64,000 nucleotides of DNA from Octopus vulgaris (lineage: Eukaryota). The translations under genes were made by a program, and so were the position numbers. The stretch is from the NCBI GenBank assembly GCA_951406725.2, contig OX597821.1, forward strand, positions 10,788,001 through 10,852,000, read 5' to 3'. Shown here one piece after another: positions 41,811 through 55,180 of this stretch; within the stretch, counting starts at the first letter, position 1, and each line of letters opens with the position of its first letter. The notes beneath the pieces were generated by a model. The model had not been told where the DNA came from. It did no database searches and saw only the letters and a program-made list of their open reading frames with translations.

Positions 41811-44036
41811 AAAATGATATGATACATGAAATGTACCATTTGGAAAATTGAATGTTCTATTAATTTGAAAATTTTGAAGTTTATTTTTTTAGTATGCTGT
41901 AGTTCTGTATAATCTATTTCCAGATCAAACTCATTAATGTTGCAGGCGGCGAGTGAACCACATAATCTGTCATGAGAGTTCTATGTTTGTTTCCTTTTTC
42001 AATATGCAACATCTGTTGCACTTTCTCTATAACTATATAGAATACAAATTGCGTGATTAATTTAGAAGCGTAGGATTTCCTCTTATATATTTTCTTTCGT
42101 GACATTCTCCCGAGTCTTGTTAAGCCTTGAAGAGAAGAATAAATGTAACTTTATCTTAGACATTAATTATCGAATTCAGTCTTGGAAACGTATATGTCAT
42201 TTTCTCAACTTGCGAGAGAGCGCCAAGAATTTACTTGAAAATACACCCCTTAACTTCCAAAACTAAAACTGACTTCAAACTTTGGCAGAAAGCCAGCAAA
42301 TTTAGTATAGGTAGTAAGTCGATTACATCAACTGCAGTACGGAGGAATTGGAACTCAAAACAGAAGACTCACTAAATACCGCAAACATATTTCCTGGAGT
42401 GCTAACGATTCTGCAGCTCACTGTTTTAGCTTCCGAAATTAACAATACAAGGAATTACAAATCGAATAAAGAAATGATGTAGAGAATTATTTCCCATGAT
42501 GTAAATAATTCTGCCATTTCATTTCCTTGCGTTCCTCGTTGATCACCCAGTTCATTGTTTAGATATGAAAACGGGGCAAATACCAACAGGCATTAGTTGA
42601 TGTCGTGGCATATGAGACATAATTAAATGGATGCGAATTAATATAATAATGAAAGTGTCAGCCGCAAAGCATAGCACTAATATTTATATATGGTAGTTAA
42701 AATTTCGCTGGGATAAATTTTCTCCTTTCTCATTTCGGGGTCAATAAGTAAATTACCAGTCTTGTGATGTGTCCATTCCTCTATCCGTCTCTTTATATAT
42801 ATATATATGTTCGCGTGTCATTATAATTATCACTGTATTCCTTTCTCGCTCCTTCTCTCTGGGTTGTAATTCACATCGTGTGAAGCTAATTGAATCTGAA
42901 AACCGTATTAATGGAACACGTCCAAGGAAATAGCTCAGCCATTAACATGTTAATTTATAGAGCAGAAATTCAGTTACTTGAGCTGTTGACTGTATATTGT
43001 CGAGATCGATATAAAATCCACCTACATTTTTAGAAATATAAAAGAGTTCTAAGTGGAATAGTTGAAGTAAATCACAAACATAGACTCACACACCCGCATA
43101 TAAATGTATATAGATAAATAGATAGGAACACACGTGTAAATGTAACATATATGTAGGGATAAATTTATAGATTTATAGAGAGATGACAGAGAAGGGATGA
43201 TAGAATCCACCAAATACTTTTAAATTACAAAATACACCTGAATCTATATTAAGAAGTAGTGTACCTAACGACCAACACAAACATTTCCCCAATGAGATTA
43301 CTATTTTAGTTGAAGGAAAAGCAAACAAAAAATCTACTGGTTAGTCTTAGAAATTCTCAATAACAAGTGTTGGGATAATTTCAAGTAATTAAAGATTAAT
43401 TACTGGAAATGAAAGCGTATGCTTAAAGGCAACTCTTATATTTGTAAACAACAATGAAATAAATAATGTTTAAACAAATATTGAAACTGTAAAGTTTCGC
43501 CCGAAAGATGTCGGATCTGTTGTTGTTTGTGTCGTATAACGCTATCTTGATCGAATAGACCTATGATCGAGTATGTCATTTTAGTCGTATGTAGCAATGC
43601 ATTATGCGCTGTGATGTTTATTTGGGATGATAGGATGTGATCTTCTGTCATTTGTCTGGAAGAGATTTCATTGTTGGTTTTCTCTGCTGCTGAAAGTTTA
43701 TTGGTACAACTGTGTTATTTACATTACTGCAATAATCATATTTATAATGGTGGCTTTGAGTTTGTTACAAATTTTTACCACATATTTCCTGCGCACCAGT
43801 CAATTTAACATTCTATTTGCAGGTTTTCAATTTGGCAGAATGCCAGAAATTCTAAGAGAGAGTGAATGCAGGATTACATCGACCCCAGTACTATATAGGT
43901 CTCGAAAATATGGATTCAAAGCTGACGTCGGCAGCATCTGAACCAAAAAAAAAAACATTAAGGACATACAAATCAATATAGATATTAGAGCAATATTGCC
44001 AAGATCGCTACAACAATCAAAATAGCAGCAGCAACG

Positions 44037-44092
<56 letters not shown>

Positions 44093-44324
44093 ATTGCTGC
44101 TGCTGTTGCTTACAATATTACTACTATTGCTATATATCTTCTGTTATAGCAAAAAAAGATAACTAAATATAGGGACCTTAAAAGAGATGTCCCAAAACTG
44201 CAGCATCTAAGAAAAACATATGCATGTGTGAATGCCGAAAACCAGAGTGCAATGGCAAATTTCACTCTTAGACACAATGCCTAAGGTGTCAGGTCACCAA
44301 AATGTTTTTTTTTTAATGGGTATA

Positions 44325-45390
44325 TTGTATACTGTGCTCAGGTGCATCACAACTTGGCAAAAGTGCGTATAAAGCATATGCAGTAATGTACAGATGTCTG
44401 AAAAGTGAACAGTGTACGAGTCAGATACATGCTTGCGTGTGTAAGGGGGGGGGGGAGAAAATCGTGTTTAATGTTGGCGAATCTCAGGAAGCATGGACGT
44501 TTCGAAGGATGCAGTGCTCCAACAGCTAACAACTGATGCCGGCAGTCTGTTCCATGCTTCAGCAACTCTTAGCGTGAAAAAATGTTTCCGAAAGTCATGG
44601 GAGCTGTGCTGTTTTCTGACATTGTAAACATGTCCACGGGTGTTAGACGGGTGGAGTTTGAAAAGGTGGTCAGAGTTACTGTTAGTATGATCGTTAAGAA
44701 TTTTATCAGTGTCTGCCAAGTCAGCTGCCAGACATTGGTATCCCCACATACCAAGAAAAGGACTGTGAACTTGAATGTATTTGGTACTTATAAAACACCT
44801 TCAGGACTAAAATATTACAAATTTAGAAGAATCTTATTTCTTGCACTCTAGTCTCCTTTCCCTACCACATATCGTCTGGAAACCGTTCAGCGACGTGCAA
44901 CCAAGAGAATACCCTCCATCAGACATTTGCCATATTCTGAACGCTTTACTTACTTGAGCATGGATACATTGAAACTCCGATGTCTGGCAGCTGACTTGGC
45001 AGACACTTATAAAATTATTAACCATCTTACTAACAATAACGCTGACTACCTTTCAAACTCCACCCGTCAAACCCCCCTGGACATGTTTACAAAGTCAGAA
45101 AACAGCACAGCTCCCATGACTTTCGGAAACATTTTTTCGCGCTAAGAGTTGCTGAGGTATAGAACAAACTGCCGGCATCAGTTGTTAGCTGTTGGAGCAC
45201 TTGCATCCTTCGAACGTCCATGCTTCCTGAGATTCGCCAACACTAAACATGATTTCCTACCCTCCTTACACACGCAAGCATGTATCTGACTCATACACTG
45301 TTCACTTTTCAGACATTTGTATATTACTGCATATGCTTTATACGCACTTTTGACAACTTGTGGTGCACCTGAGCACAGTATACAATATTT
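44325..45390. mobile_element. two CR1-like LINE 3' ends in inverted (head-to-head) arrangement
   Basis: 44325-44735 (-) and 44850-45390 (+). Peptides LETVQRRAT, DLADTYKI, NTRGH, FFTLRVAEAWNRLPASVV. (ATT)n tail after 45390. Confidence 0.85.
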
Positions 45391-45402
45391 CCATTATTAT
45401 TA

Positions 45403-45434
<32 letters not shown>

Positions 45435-46880
45435 TTTATTTTTTATTATTATTTTTATTTTTTATTTTTATTATTATTATATCATGGATTATTATAAATA
45501 ACTCCGATAGTAAAACGACCAGCTTGTAGTTCCTTGCAGTCTTTGGTTGAGATTTGGAACGAATCAAATAAAACGATTCAACAATAATTTTTAAAACATG
45601 AACAAACTACATTTTTTTGGTCAAGATTGGTGCAGGATATTTCCAAAGAATACATAGAAGGATTAGAAAATTGATCGAAAGTGGAAAACATTTAATGGAA
45701 TGAGTATTATAAACTCAATGTTTAATGAGTTGTTAATAATAAAGAACGTTGGCTTTTACTTGTGTCTTAATATGAAGACACATTGCTCATTTTCTTAAAT
45801 GAAAAAACGAGAGAGCTACATTATTAAATTGAAGAACCAGGAAGCAGATCACGACAAAGACTGCATTATTAGTCTGAAAGGAAAATCAAGTACTCGTTTA
45901 AAATCTTTCGATATTGCTTAAATCTTAAAATTCAAACCAGTGGTATCTCTATACTTTATCGATCCCGAGAGGAGGAATGTTAAAGTTAACCTTAGCGGAA
46001 TCTTAATAATAATAACTTATAGAAGACTAAACTTACTAACAATTTGGTATCAGGGATGTAAATACCAGGATATATTCAACCGGGCGCTCTTATTATTCTA
46101 CCATAGAATCACTAAGAGTAAGAAGTTTATCAAAAATGTTAACCTAGCGTTTGGTTGCTTGTTAAGATACCGGATCGAATCCCATATAGTTATTCAACAC
46201 ACAAATGAGACTAGAAAGTTATCCTTATGCAGATAGAGATACACTTGCGCCTACATTTTCATATGTTACCAATTAACAAAGTGTGATAACTAACTTCAAG
46301 CTAAGCATAAGAATGTCCAAAATAATATCGTTTTTATCAGCATATCAATTTGAAGCAAAAAAAAGGTAAACAAAAGGAAAAGTTATATATTGAAGTATTT
46401 CAGCTTCATGTGTTAACAAAGTTTCTATTAACAAAACACTGAATGCAAGTTTTACACTGTATCTAGTTGAGCTAGCGATGTTTTTCTGCGTCAGGAAAAA
46501 AAAACGTTACTATTAAATATAATTTATATCATTCAAATTCCTTAGCGGAACAACCCTTATATATAAACATGTTCATGTTTATCTGAAGAAATGAAATCTT
46601 CACAAGTTCGAAGCACGTTGTATCCATAATGAACCTTTTCTATTCTTGTGCTGTTGTTGCTTTTCAAATTTACGTTTACAATAACTATAATTTGATGTAA
46701 TAATTTATAAAATATTTTGGAAGACATTCATCCTTTCATTTATGTAAGCTAAGTGTATTTATTCACATTTCTATTGCATATGTGAATAATACTTAACTTG
46801 TGAATGCCTAATCGCGTATGTGTATATCTACGTATGTGAGTCTGTACGTGAACGTATACCTATGCAGACACTCTTATATA

Positions 46881-46944
<64 letters not shown>

Positions 46945-46947
<3 letters not shown>

Positions 46948-49128
46948 GTAAAATATATAAAATCAACGAAAATGCATATTGTAGATATAAAAAGGCTATT
47001 TATGTCAGGTAGTGACAAATATATACATTTAGAGTATTACTAGTCAAAAAGGTCATTATTATTAATGATTATAAGAAATTAATAATAATAATAATAAGGT
47101 AGGAGACTGAAACGAACCAATTGGTTTTCGCGTTAGCTATTCATCGTTTCAACAACACCGGTTAGTAAACGGTGTCAAGTCTAATAGTTCCTGAGAAAAG
47201 AGATTATTTTTAAGGGAGGTAAGTAGTTCTGGATTATATGTATAAGGGAGGTAAGTAGTTCAGACATTAGAAATGTGAATGATCTAGAAAGTGTATAGTG
47301 TTTAGTGGTTTAAATTGAAGAGTTAGTGGTGTTCTGTATTGAGCTGTGTGTTCACATTTAGTTGGGGGAGAAATTTGTTGATGAAAAATGACTCTTTATT
47401 CAACCTTTGTTGCATTGTGGTGTTCTGTGAGCATTGGTAAAAGGGAAATATTTGGAAATTGAGATTAAGTTTCCTGGCACATCTTTCTATGTGTTCACTC
47501 ACCTTTAACTGTCTCTATTGTGGGTGGCGGATTTGCTCTTTGTGAATGGTGATTCTTTGACGGAGCGAAATTCATGTTTGTCCAATATAGAGTTTATCAC
47601 ATCCTATGCATATCATGACATAGATTAGATTTGCTGAGGCGCAGGTGAAATTTGATTTGATCTTAAATATTTCTCCTTGTTTGAATTTGAATGCTGAACC
47701 CTCCTGAAGATGGGGGCATGTTCCACAGTTAGAACGTCCACATTTTGTCACTTTTGGCTCAGTAGTTAGTGGGTAAAGTCTAGCGCTGGTTAGTATTCTT
47801 TTCAGTGACTTCGGTTGCTTTTTGCTTTTTATAATTTTATATGAGCTTAAAATTTCGTTCATTATTTTGTCTGCTGTGAGGATGGGGAGGTTTTGGGTGA
47901 TGATGTTGAAGGCTTCGTTGTTTCTGGGGTTATGTGTGGAGATGTACGGGAGTATTTTAAAGTCTTGTTTAGTATTACGGCTAGTTTTCTTTAATCTTTG
48001 TATATCTATTCCCTTAGCTCTTTGATACCTTCATTTACTAATGAGATTGGGTAGTGTCTTTTAGTTACTGTAGATCTAAGTTCAAGGAGTCTATGTTCAC
48101 GAGGTTATGTATCGGAAACTATGGTGCAGATTCTTTCTGCTAGGTTAAAGGGTATGTTGATTTTTATGTGTTTAGGATGACAGGAGTTAAATAATAGGTA
48201 TTGTTTAGATTCTTTGGGTTTATAAAAGATGTCTGTTCCTATGTGGTTGTTAACTATTCTAATTAAGATGTCTGCTACCCCAAACACTTTACCCACTAGA
48301 CTTTATCCACTAACTACTGAGCCACAAGTGACAAAATGTGGACGTTCCAACTGTGGAACATGCTCCCACCTTCTGGAGGTTTCAGATTTCCAATTCAAAG
48401 AAGGAGAAATATTTAAGATTAAATCAAATTTCACCTGCGCCTCAGCAAATGTAATCTATGTCATGACATGCATAGGATGCGGTAATCTCTATATTAGACA
48501 AACAGGAATTTCGCTCCGTCAAAGAATCACCATTCACAAAGAGCAAATCCGCCACCCACAATAGAGACAGTTAAAGGTGAGTGAACACATAGAAAGATGT
48601 AAACTTAATCGCAATTTCCAAATATTTCCCTTTTACCAATGCTCACAGAACACCACAATGCAACAAAGGTTGAATAAAGAGTCATTTTTCATCAACAAAT
48701 TTCTCCCCCAACTAAATGTGAACACACAGCTCAATACAGAACACCAGTAACTCTTCAATTTAAACCACTAAACCCTATACACTTTCTAGATCATTCACAT
48801 TTCTAATGTCTGAACTACTTACCTCCCTTATACATATAATCCAGAACTACTTACCTCCCTTAAAAATAATCTCTTTTCTCAGGAACTATTAGACCTGACA
48901 CCGTTTACTAACCGGTGTTGTTCAAACGATGAATAGCTAACGCGAAAACCAATTGGTTCGTTTCAGTCTCCTACCTTATTATTATTATTATTAATTTCTT
49001 ATAATCATTAATAATAATGACCTTTTTGACTAGTAATACTCTAAATGTATATATTTGTCACTACCTGACATAAATAGCCTTTTTATATCTACAATATGCA
49101 TTTTCGTTGATTTTTTATATTTTACCCT
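46945..49128. mobile_element. Penelope-like element with ~840-bp inverted duplication of its GIY-YIG/3' end
   Basis: Arms 46945-47784 (-) and 48295-49128 (+) encode CGRSNCGTC..FTCASAN.IY..C..C..LYI.QT. The spacer encodes the RT thumb TDIFYKP..YL.F.SCHP. Confidence 0.92.
47108..47151 (-). ncRNA. hammerhead motif, A3-U8 core variant (second copy 48922-48965, +)
   Basis: TGAAACG-ATGAATA-GC taac GC-GAAA(A)-CCAATTGG-TT-CGTTTCA. One extra A in the GAAA. Confidence 0.5.
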
Positions 49129-49172
49129 TACATTTACACGTGTATTTTATATATTTTTTCAAAACATATTTC

Positions 49173-49210
<38 letters not shown>

Positions 49211-49214
49211 ATAT

Positions 49215-50450
49215 GGAGGTCAGTTTAGAAACAGAGTGCTTGTGGCCTGGTTTCGTGGTTTGGCGCCAGGCAGACGGATAACCTATCAAGTATGGAACAA
49301 AATCGTAGCAGCATAATATGCAGTAACGATAGAATCACCACCAACAAAAAGGTAACGTAAGAAACAAATTTCCACATATAACACGTGCATATTCAACTGG
49401 AATGAGGACCGAAATCTTATCAAGTCCTTTTGCCCGTAGCAAATCAGAGACTCGGAGACATCCACTTTTGCCGACCAAAATATAATAGCACTAGCAGAGA
49501 CAGGTGACCACTAAAGATGCAGACACAACAGTAACATCCGAAATTACAACAGTATCTGTAGCAGTTGCAGCAACAACAAGAACAATAACAGTGGAAGCAA
49601 CAGCATCGATCAGAGCAGAAAATACAGCAATCCAATGAATTCCAGATTCGACACAGCAACAAAAAGAACAGGATCAGAATCCCCAAGATCAACAACTACA
49701 TTATCAACGGAACAGCACCAAAATCTTCCCAAGACATACTTCTCTTTGTGAGACCAAGAAGAATGTGACAATGAAAAACCTAAATAGCAAAATGTCGCCA
49801 GGTGTAAAAAATTAAAGAAAAACAATATCACGCCTCAAAATCTAGCAGTTATAAACAAAGGTGTAGAAACCTTTGAGAAACAGTGTGCAAAAAACACCCC
49901 CAGTAGGAGCTATGCCAATACCGTCAACAATATCTAATCCATCACTAACATAACCACCAATATTATCACATACACCATCCTTACAAGCACAACCAAATTC
50001 ATTATCACAGCACTTAAATAACATTAACTACACAGCTATAAATACGAAAAATTAAGAACTAACGAAACATATATACATCCCTACAGACAGCACACACCAT
50101 GATTTTATCGTACCCCCAAACAACACTCCAATACACATACAACTCAACCAAGCAACAAGAAACACATAGAAAACCATGAAAACCACATTGTCTGAACGAG
50201 TGTATAATAACTGGTCGTGGGAGCACGCAGATATAGCTATGTGGAATGAACATCTATCTCCGTTTTTCGAACAAAATCCCTTCTACTTCAATTCCGTAAT
50301 CTAACATGGCCTTGCTTTGAATAGAAATATAAATGCACATGGCTTGAGGTCATCTTGGAAACAGAGCTACCTCAATAAACTGAGGTCACTAAATTTAGAT
50401 GTGGTAGTTATCAGTGCAACCAGACTCTCGAACCTACGTATCTATCTCTA
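49215..50450 (+). mobile_element. decayed L1/Tx1-like LINE (ORF1 relic and APE endonuclease start)
   Basis: 50320-50440 reads INAHGLRSSWKQSYLNKLRSLNLDVVVISATRL. Upstream sequence is A/C-rich and ORF1-like. Confidence 0.5.
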
Positions 50451-50749
50451 TGCCAGGTTTAAGAACTTAATTACTGCAATCGATTTAAACGATTGAAAAG
50501 TTTAAGCCTCTGCCTTATCATGCCTGCAACACAATGATTAAAACAACTGACACTCAATATATCTGCATTCGAAAATAATTTATCGTCTTATTTTTATTTT
50601 ACAAGACACGTGTTAGCGCTTATAAAAACAAATGTTAGATTATATTTATATGCACATAGATTTATAAATTTTCTTTTGGTACTTTTACTTAATCTGGATT
50701 TCCTACGTATGTTTATTAACATGCAATATAAGACAATAAACAAACTTAC

Positions 50750-50880
50750 ATGTAGACTGGTACCAGGTATTTTGAAGTGTGAATATTGGTTAATTAGCTC
50801 TTTAGAAAGTCTTTCAAAAGACGCTTTTGCACTCGTTGTGAGCCATGGCGAATATTCTCCCTGAGCGTTGTATAAGGTAC
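50750..50880 (-). CDS. M13 metallopeptidase exon (G)TLYNAQGEYSPWLTTSAKASFERLSKELINQYSHFKIPGTSLH
   Basis: 131-nt exon, acceptor ttcattttag, donor gtaagt. Aligns by eye with the neprilysin G..Y..G..W..F..QY segment; in frame. Confidence 0.93.
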
Positions 50881-50912
50881 CTAAAATGAAAAAAAGCATA
50901 TATATATATATA

Positions 50913-51517
50913 GTGTGTCGAAACTATGCATAGTCCAGAGATGGAAAGAGTAAATGTTTTTATTTCTCTTTCAATTTCAGAATTACAACTATTTAGCGGT
51001 TTGAGTTTGGCTGCTCTTTCTAGTGAGTCGAATAGCCTATTTGGGCCATTCCTTATATTGTTGAATGTATATTACATAATCTTTGACCATGTTTTCTTTC
51101 TCACTAGACCGCTGGTAGCGGAGAATTTTTTGATACCCTTATATCTATTAATTAATGATTTTTTTGGCTAATTTTGAAATTAAATCAGCAGTTTATATTT
51201 GCTGCTGAGAAGACAGCGCGGTGGCGGTGGATTTTGAAAATTTAGAGCATATAGACTGGAGGCTTCTTTGCCGTCGCCTCGTGGACATATACTCGTCCTC
51301 GGCTTCTCTGCTGACGAGACACGCCAGTTGTAAATAAATTTAATTTAATTTAATTAATTTGTTTACTAAAGTTTGTCGAAACTATGCATAGTCCAGAGAT
51401 GAAAAGGGTAAATGTTTTTATTTCTTTCAATTTCAGAATTACAACTATTTAACGGTTTGAGTTTGGCTGCTCTTTTCTAGTGAGTCGAATAGCCTATTAG
51501 GGCCACTCCTTATATTG

Positions 51518-51523
<6 letters not shown>
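50913..51523 (+). mobile_element. retrozyme-like element: 458-nt unit bounded by ~150-bp direct repeats carrying the HHR cleavage site
   Basis: Direct repeats 50916-51065 and 51374-51523; (TA)n on both sides; no credible ORF. Confidence 0.8.
51306..51398 (+). ncRNA. canonical type I hammerhead ribozyme
   Basis: CTCTG-CTGACGA-GACA..TGTC-GAAA-CTATGCATAG-TC-CAGAG. Perfect core and stems I-III; GUC site after 51393. Confidence 0.88.
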
Positions 51524-51596
<73 letters not shown>

Positions 51597-52818
51597 AACT
51601 ACATGAAGTACTATAGATCTTTATCGAATGGAATTATAGAAACAATTAATTAAAGCAACAATTTTAGCAAAATATTAATAATATGCAACACCTGCTTCTT
51701 AGACATTATATTTATTGTGCGTATTCTCTTTTGAATGCCAACGCTGACATGTATGTATATGGTAAAAAGGTACATAGGTACACCTTCAATTATAGCATGG
51801 TGTTTAAGTAATTCGTATCTCCCTCATGCGGTTCCGCTTTCCCTACTATGTGTTTGGTCATGTATTCACAATCCAGCAATTGTTGGTTTCACCCTACTGT
51901 ATAATACACTAGTTGGTGTTTCGCAATTATGTAGTTATAGGCTTGATCACAGTTTGGTCTTTTGGGAAATTGTGTTTCTTTATTATTACTCGGGGTCTAT
52001 CCAAACATTGTGAAACATATATTATAGACAGAACTGGTGTAGAAGCCGGTCTCATGGATTTGTAATTGAAACTGATAGAGTTGTCAAATATTGTGCTACG
52101 GTGTATCTGGTAGACGGTTTCGTAACTGCCTCATACACTGTTTCCATTGAAGCGGATATTTTTCTCTCTCAAAGTATGTATATAAAATGAGTGCAGGTTA
52201 GACGATTTAAGATTTTCCCTTCAGGAACAGAATATCACGTGTCTGTTACCACTACGCAGCACTCTGGAAATATATTTTCTATCAAAGCAGAAGTTTGACA
52301 GGCACTGAGGAGATGATGGCTTTGAAACATCAGCAGTTGGATTACATGTAATTCATAAAACCAACTCTTCAACACGCGATGTGTCATGTTAAGCATATCC
52401 TGGGGAATGACCTAAGAATATCATCTCAGTCGAATAACTTGTGATTTACGAACTAAAAGGAAATTGAAAGTATCTGGAATCCTCATATACTGTTACAGTT
52501 TCTACTAAGTGATTACAAATGCCTGTGCAATACACAGTGGTTAAATTGACAAAACGACATGAACTGTACCTGTAGCACAAAGGATCAGCTGCGTAATTCT
52601 GCTTCTGCCTTAGAAATAAGTTAATATCTCGAATGTTAATACCGTAGTAGTAGAGAAAGACTGTTAGAGTTAGATACAGAAATCTTATCAAAATTCTGAC
52701 GATGAACTGTCTTCATGAATCCTTTGGTTTCTCCTCTATAACTTTCTACCGATTTTTAAAATTATCCTTTCTCTTTGTATCACATTAATCTTTTCTTCCT
52801 CTCTGTCAAACTCTCTAT

Positions 52819-52858
<40 letters not shown>

Positions 52859-53252
52859 TGCTCTGTTCTCTTTTTGTCTCTCACACACTCACAGCTGCCC
52901 GCACACGCAATCACGCACACATATATTTTCACCCAACAATTATATATTGTGTGGTGTCTGTCGTCTCCTTAAAGTGGGTATCCTCTAAGAACCGACAAAT
53001 CTGCGCGTTGGTTATTCGGTGTGCTTTCGCAACCCTAGTACCGAGACCACCAGAACACGTGATTTTGATCTTATTGGATCAATTCAGCGGTACACACTCG
53101 TTTGCCAGGAATGGCATTAGACTGACCTCACATTCAGTTACATATTGGAACGTTACGATCTACTTTTAAAAATTCGTATTCAAAAATTCCATTTTCACAC
53201 AAGTCTTGAAACTAATTTATCATCATGATCTACGAATATACATATACATACA

Positions 53253-54265
53253 TGGGAAGAACATGTTGTTGAGAGGAAGATAAGTTGGGATGAGATGTGG
53301 AAGTGGACAACATCTCGGCTGAGTTTCCTGATTCGTTCATCTTATGATGTTTTGCCATCACCTACGAATCTAGTAAGATGGAACGTCTTAGAGAATGACG
53401 TCTGCAAATGTGGAAAAGTCGGTACACTAAAACATATTCTTTCCAACTGTTCGTTAGCATTGAACAGGTACACATGGAGGCACAACTTGGTCCTTAAGGT
53501 TATCTTCAATGCTATAAAGAATCAAATTCATCTCAACAACACTGAGGAAAAATCGTTAAAAAGTACCATCAAGAGAGTTCATTACCTTCGTGCGACCAGG
53601 TCAGCAGATCCGTTTCAAGAAGACCAAGAAACTTCCTGAGAAAAATGAAAAGTGGAACGACTATTGGGAGGTAACTGCAGATTTACCTGGGTGCCAGGTT
53701 TTCTTTCCCATCCCAGTTTCGAAAAAACCAGATATTTTGATGTGGTGTGAAAGAAAGAAAGTTTTAAATATAGTCGAGCTAACGGTTCCTCACGAAGATA
53801 ATATGGACGCCGCTCGAGCTCGAAAATTAAACCGTTATGAAAACCTCCTCGAGGAATATGAAGACGCAGGCTGGAAAGCGGAACATTTTCCTATCGAAGT
53901 CGGATGTAGAGGGTTTGTAGGACACAGCGTGAGACGACTGTTGTTATCGTTAGGCCTAACTCATCATAAAGTCAATACCACCATGACTGATATCCAATCT
54001 ACAGTGGAGAAGGCTAGCCACTGGATTTGGTTAAAAAGAGACGATGAGCGATGGCTAGAAGTATATTGAGTTCATCATAACCAGCTGATCTAGCAAGCGG
54101 GGCCTCATATCAGTGAGGGGGGCCGGTGCGCATTGATGCCGTCGAGAGGTAGGCCCCGAAACGGCGCGCATTCTCTCCTGATGACCCCATACACTTGCTA
54201 GCTTCCGATATACGGAGCTTTTAACTGGTAGCACTTGCATGTGCAAGTTGTTTGCAAGATATCAT
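53253..54265 (+). mobile_element. 5'-truncated HERO-like non-LTR retrotransposon (CCHC plus restriction-like endonuclease)
   Basis: YDVLPSPTNL..CKCG..TLKHILSNC..RYTWRHN and KPDI..IVELTVPHE..K..RY..PIEVGCRGF; one frameshift; flanked by (CATA)n. Confidence 0.88.
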
Positions 54266-54719
54266 AATACATACATACATACACACATAGATACATACAT
54301 ACATACATACATATACATACATACATACATACATACATAATACATACATAATACATACATACATACATACATACATAATACATACATACATATACATACA
54401 TACATACATACATACATAATACATACATACATACATACATACATACATACATACATACATACATACATACATACATACATGTATATACGTTTGTGTGTGT
54501 GTATGTATATATGTCATTGTTCAGATTTCTTCGCAATAGATAAAGATACTGTTTCTAAACAAGATCCAAAGCTACTTCATTGGAATTCCAATATCAACAA
54601 GTTATTTTTGCTTGTTTGTATGCATGTATATGTGCAGATTGTAAAATCAAGTTTTATATATGAATACTCATGCATATAGTTGCACATATAGATATGCTCA
54701 TATATATTTAAACAATAAA

Positions 54720-55180
54720 CTTCTAGAAAGTTTTACACATTTTTATACTTCCAGTAATATATTGGATCTGTAATCTTCCAATTACTTCTCTCCTTTCTGG
54801 TTTTGAGAAGCCTAATTGCTCAATATTGGCATTTAGGCAGTGCGTTACATATTCCGGGGTCCCAGTAATTACAGGTATAAAGGTGAACTTGTAATCTGGT
54901 TAGAGTAATTGCAGATTTCTCAGTAGTTCAGCGTAGGTATTCGCTTCGCTTCTTCACTGATCTTCAGCTTTATGTTAACATCCGCTGGGTAGCTGATTTC
55001 CGCAACTGTACACAGTTTCTCTTCTCTATCCCACATCATTGTATTAGGACTTTTATACTTACATTTTATTGAAGTCTTCACTGGAACATTCCACCTGTAC
55101 TCCTTATTATGTGTGTTTACGTATTCGACCATACTGTGGGTTCTTATTTCTTTCTTCGATGTCATATTCCATCCTTTTGA
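54720..55180 (-). mobile_element. R4/Dong-like non-LTR endonuclease fragment
   Basis: WNVPVKTSIKCKYKSPNTMMWDREEKLCTVAEISYPADVNI resembles the RLE PD..E region. Confidence 0.7.

Noticed and set aside
52680-52720. CTGACGA hammerhead core
   Set aside because: No stem II, GAAA or stem III nearby.
54150-54190. GAAAC...CTGATGA in the HERO-like 3' UTR as a type II hammerhead
   Set aside because: Stem II would be CCCC against CCCC; no stem I or NUH geometry.
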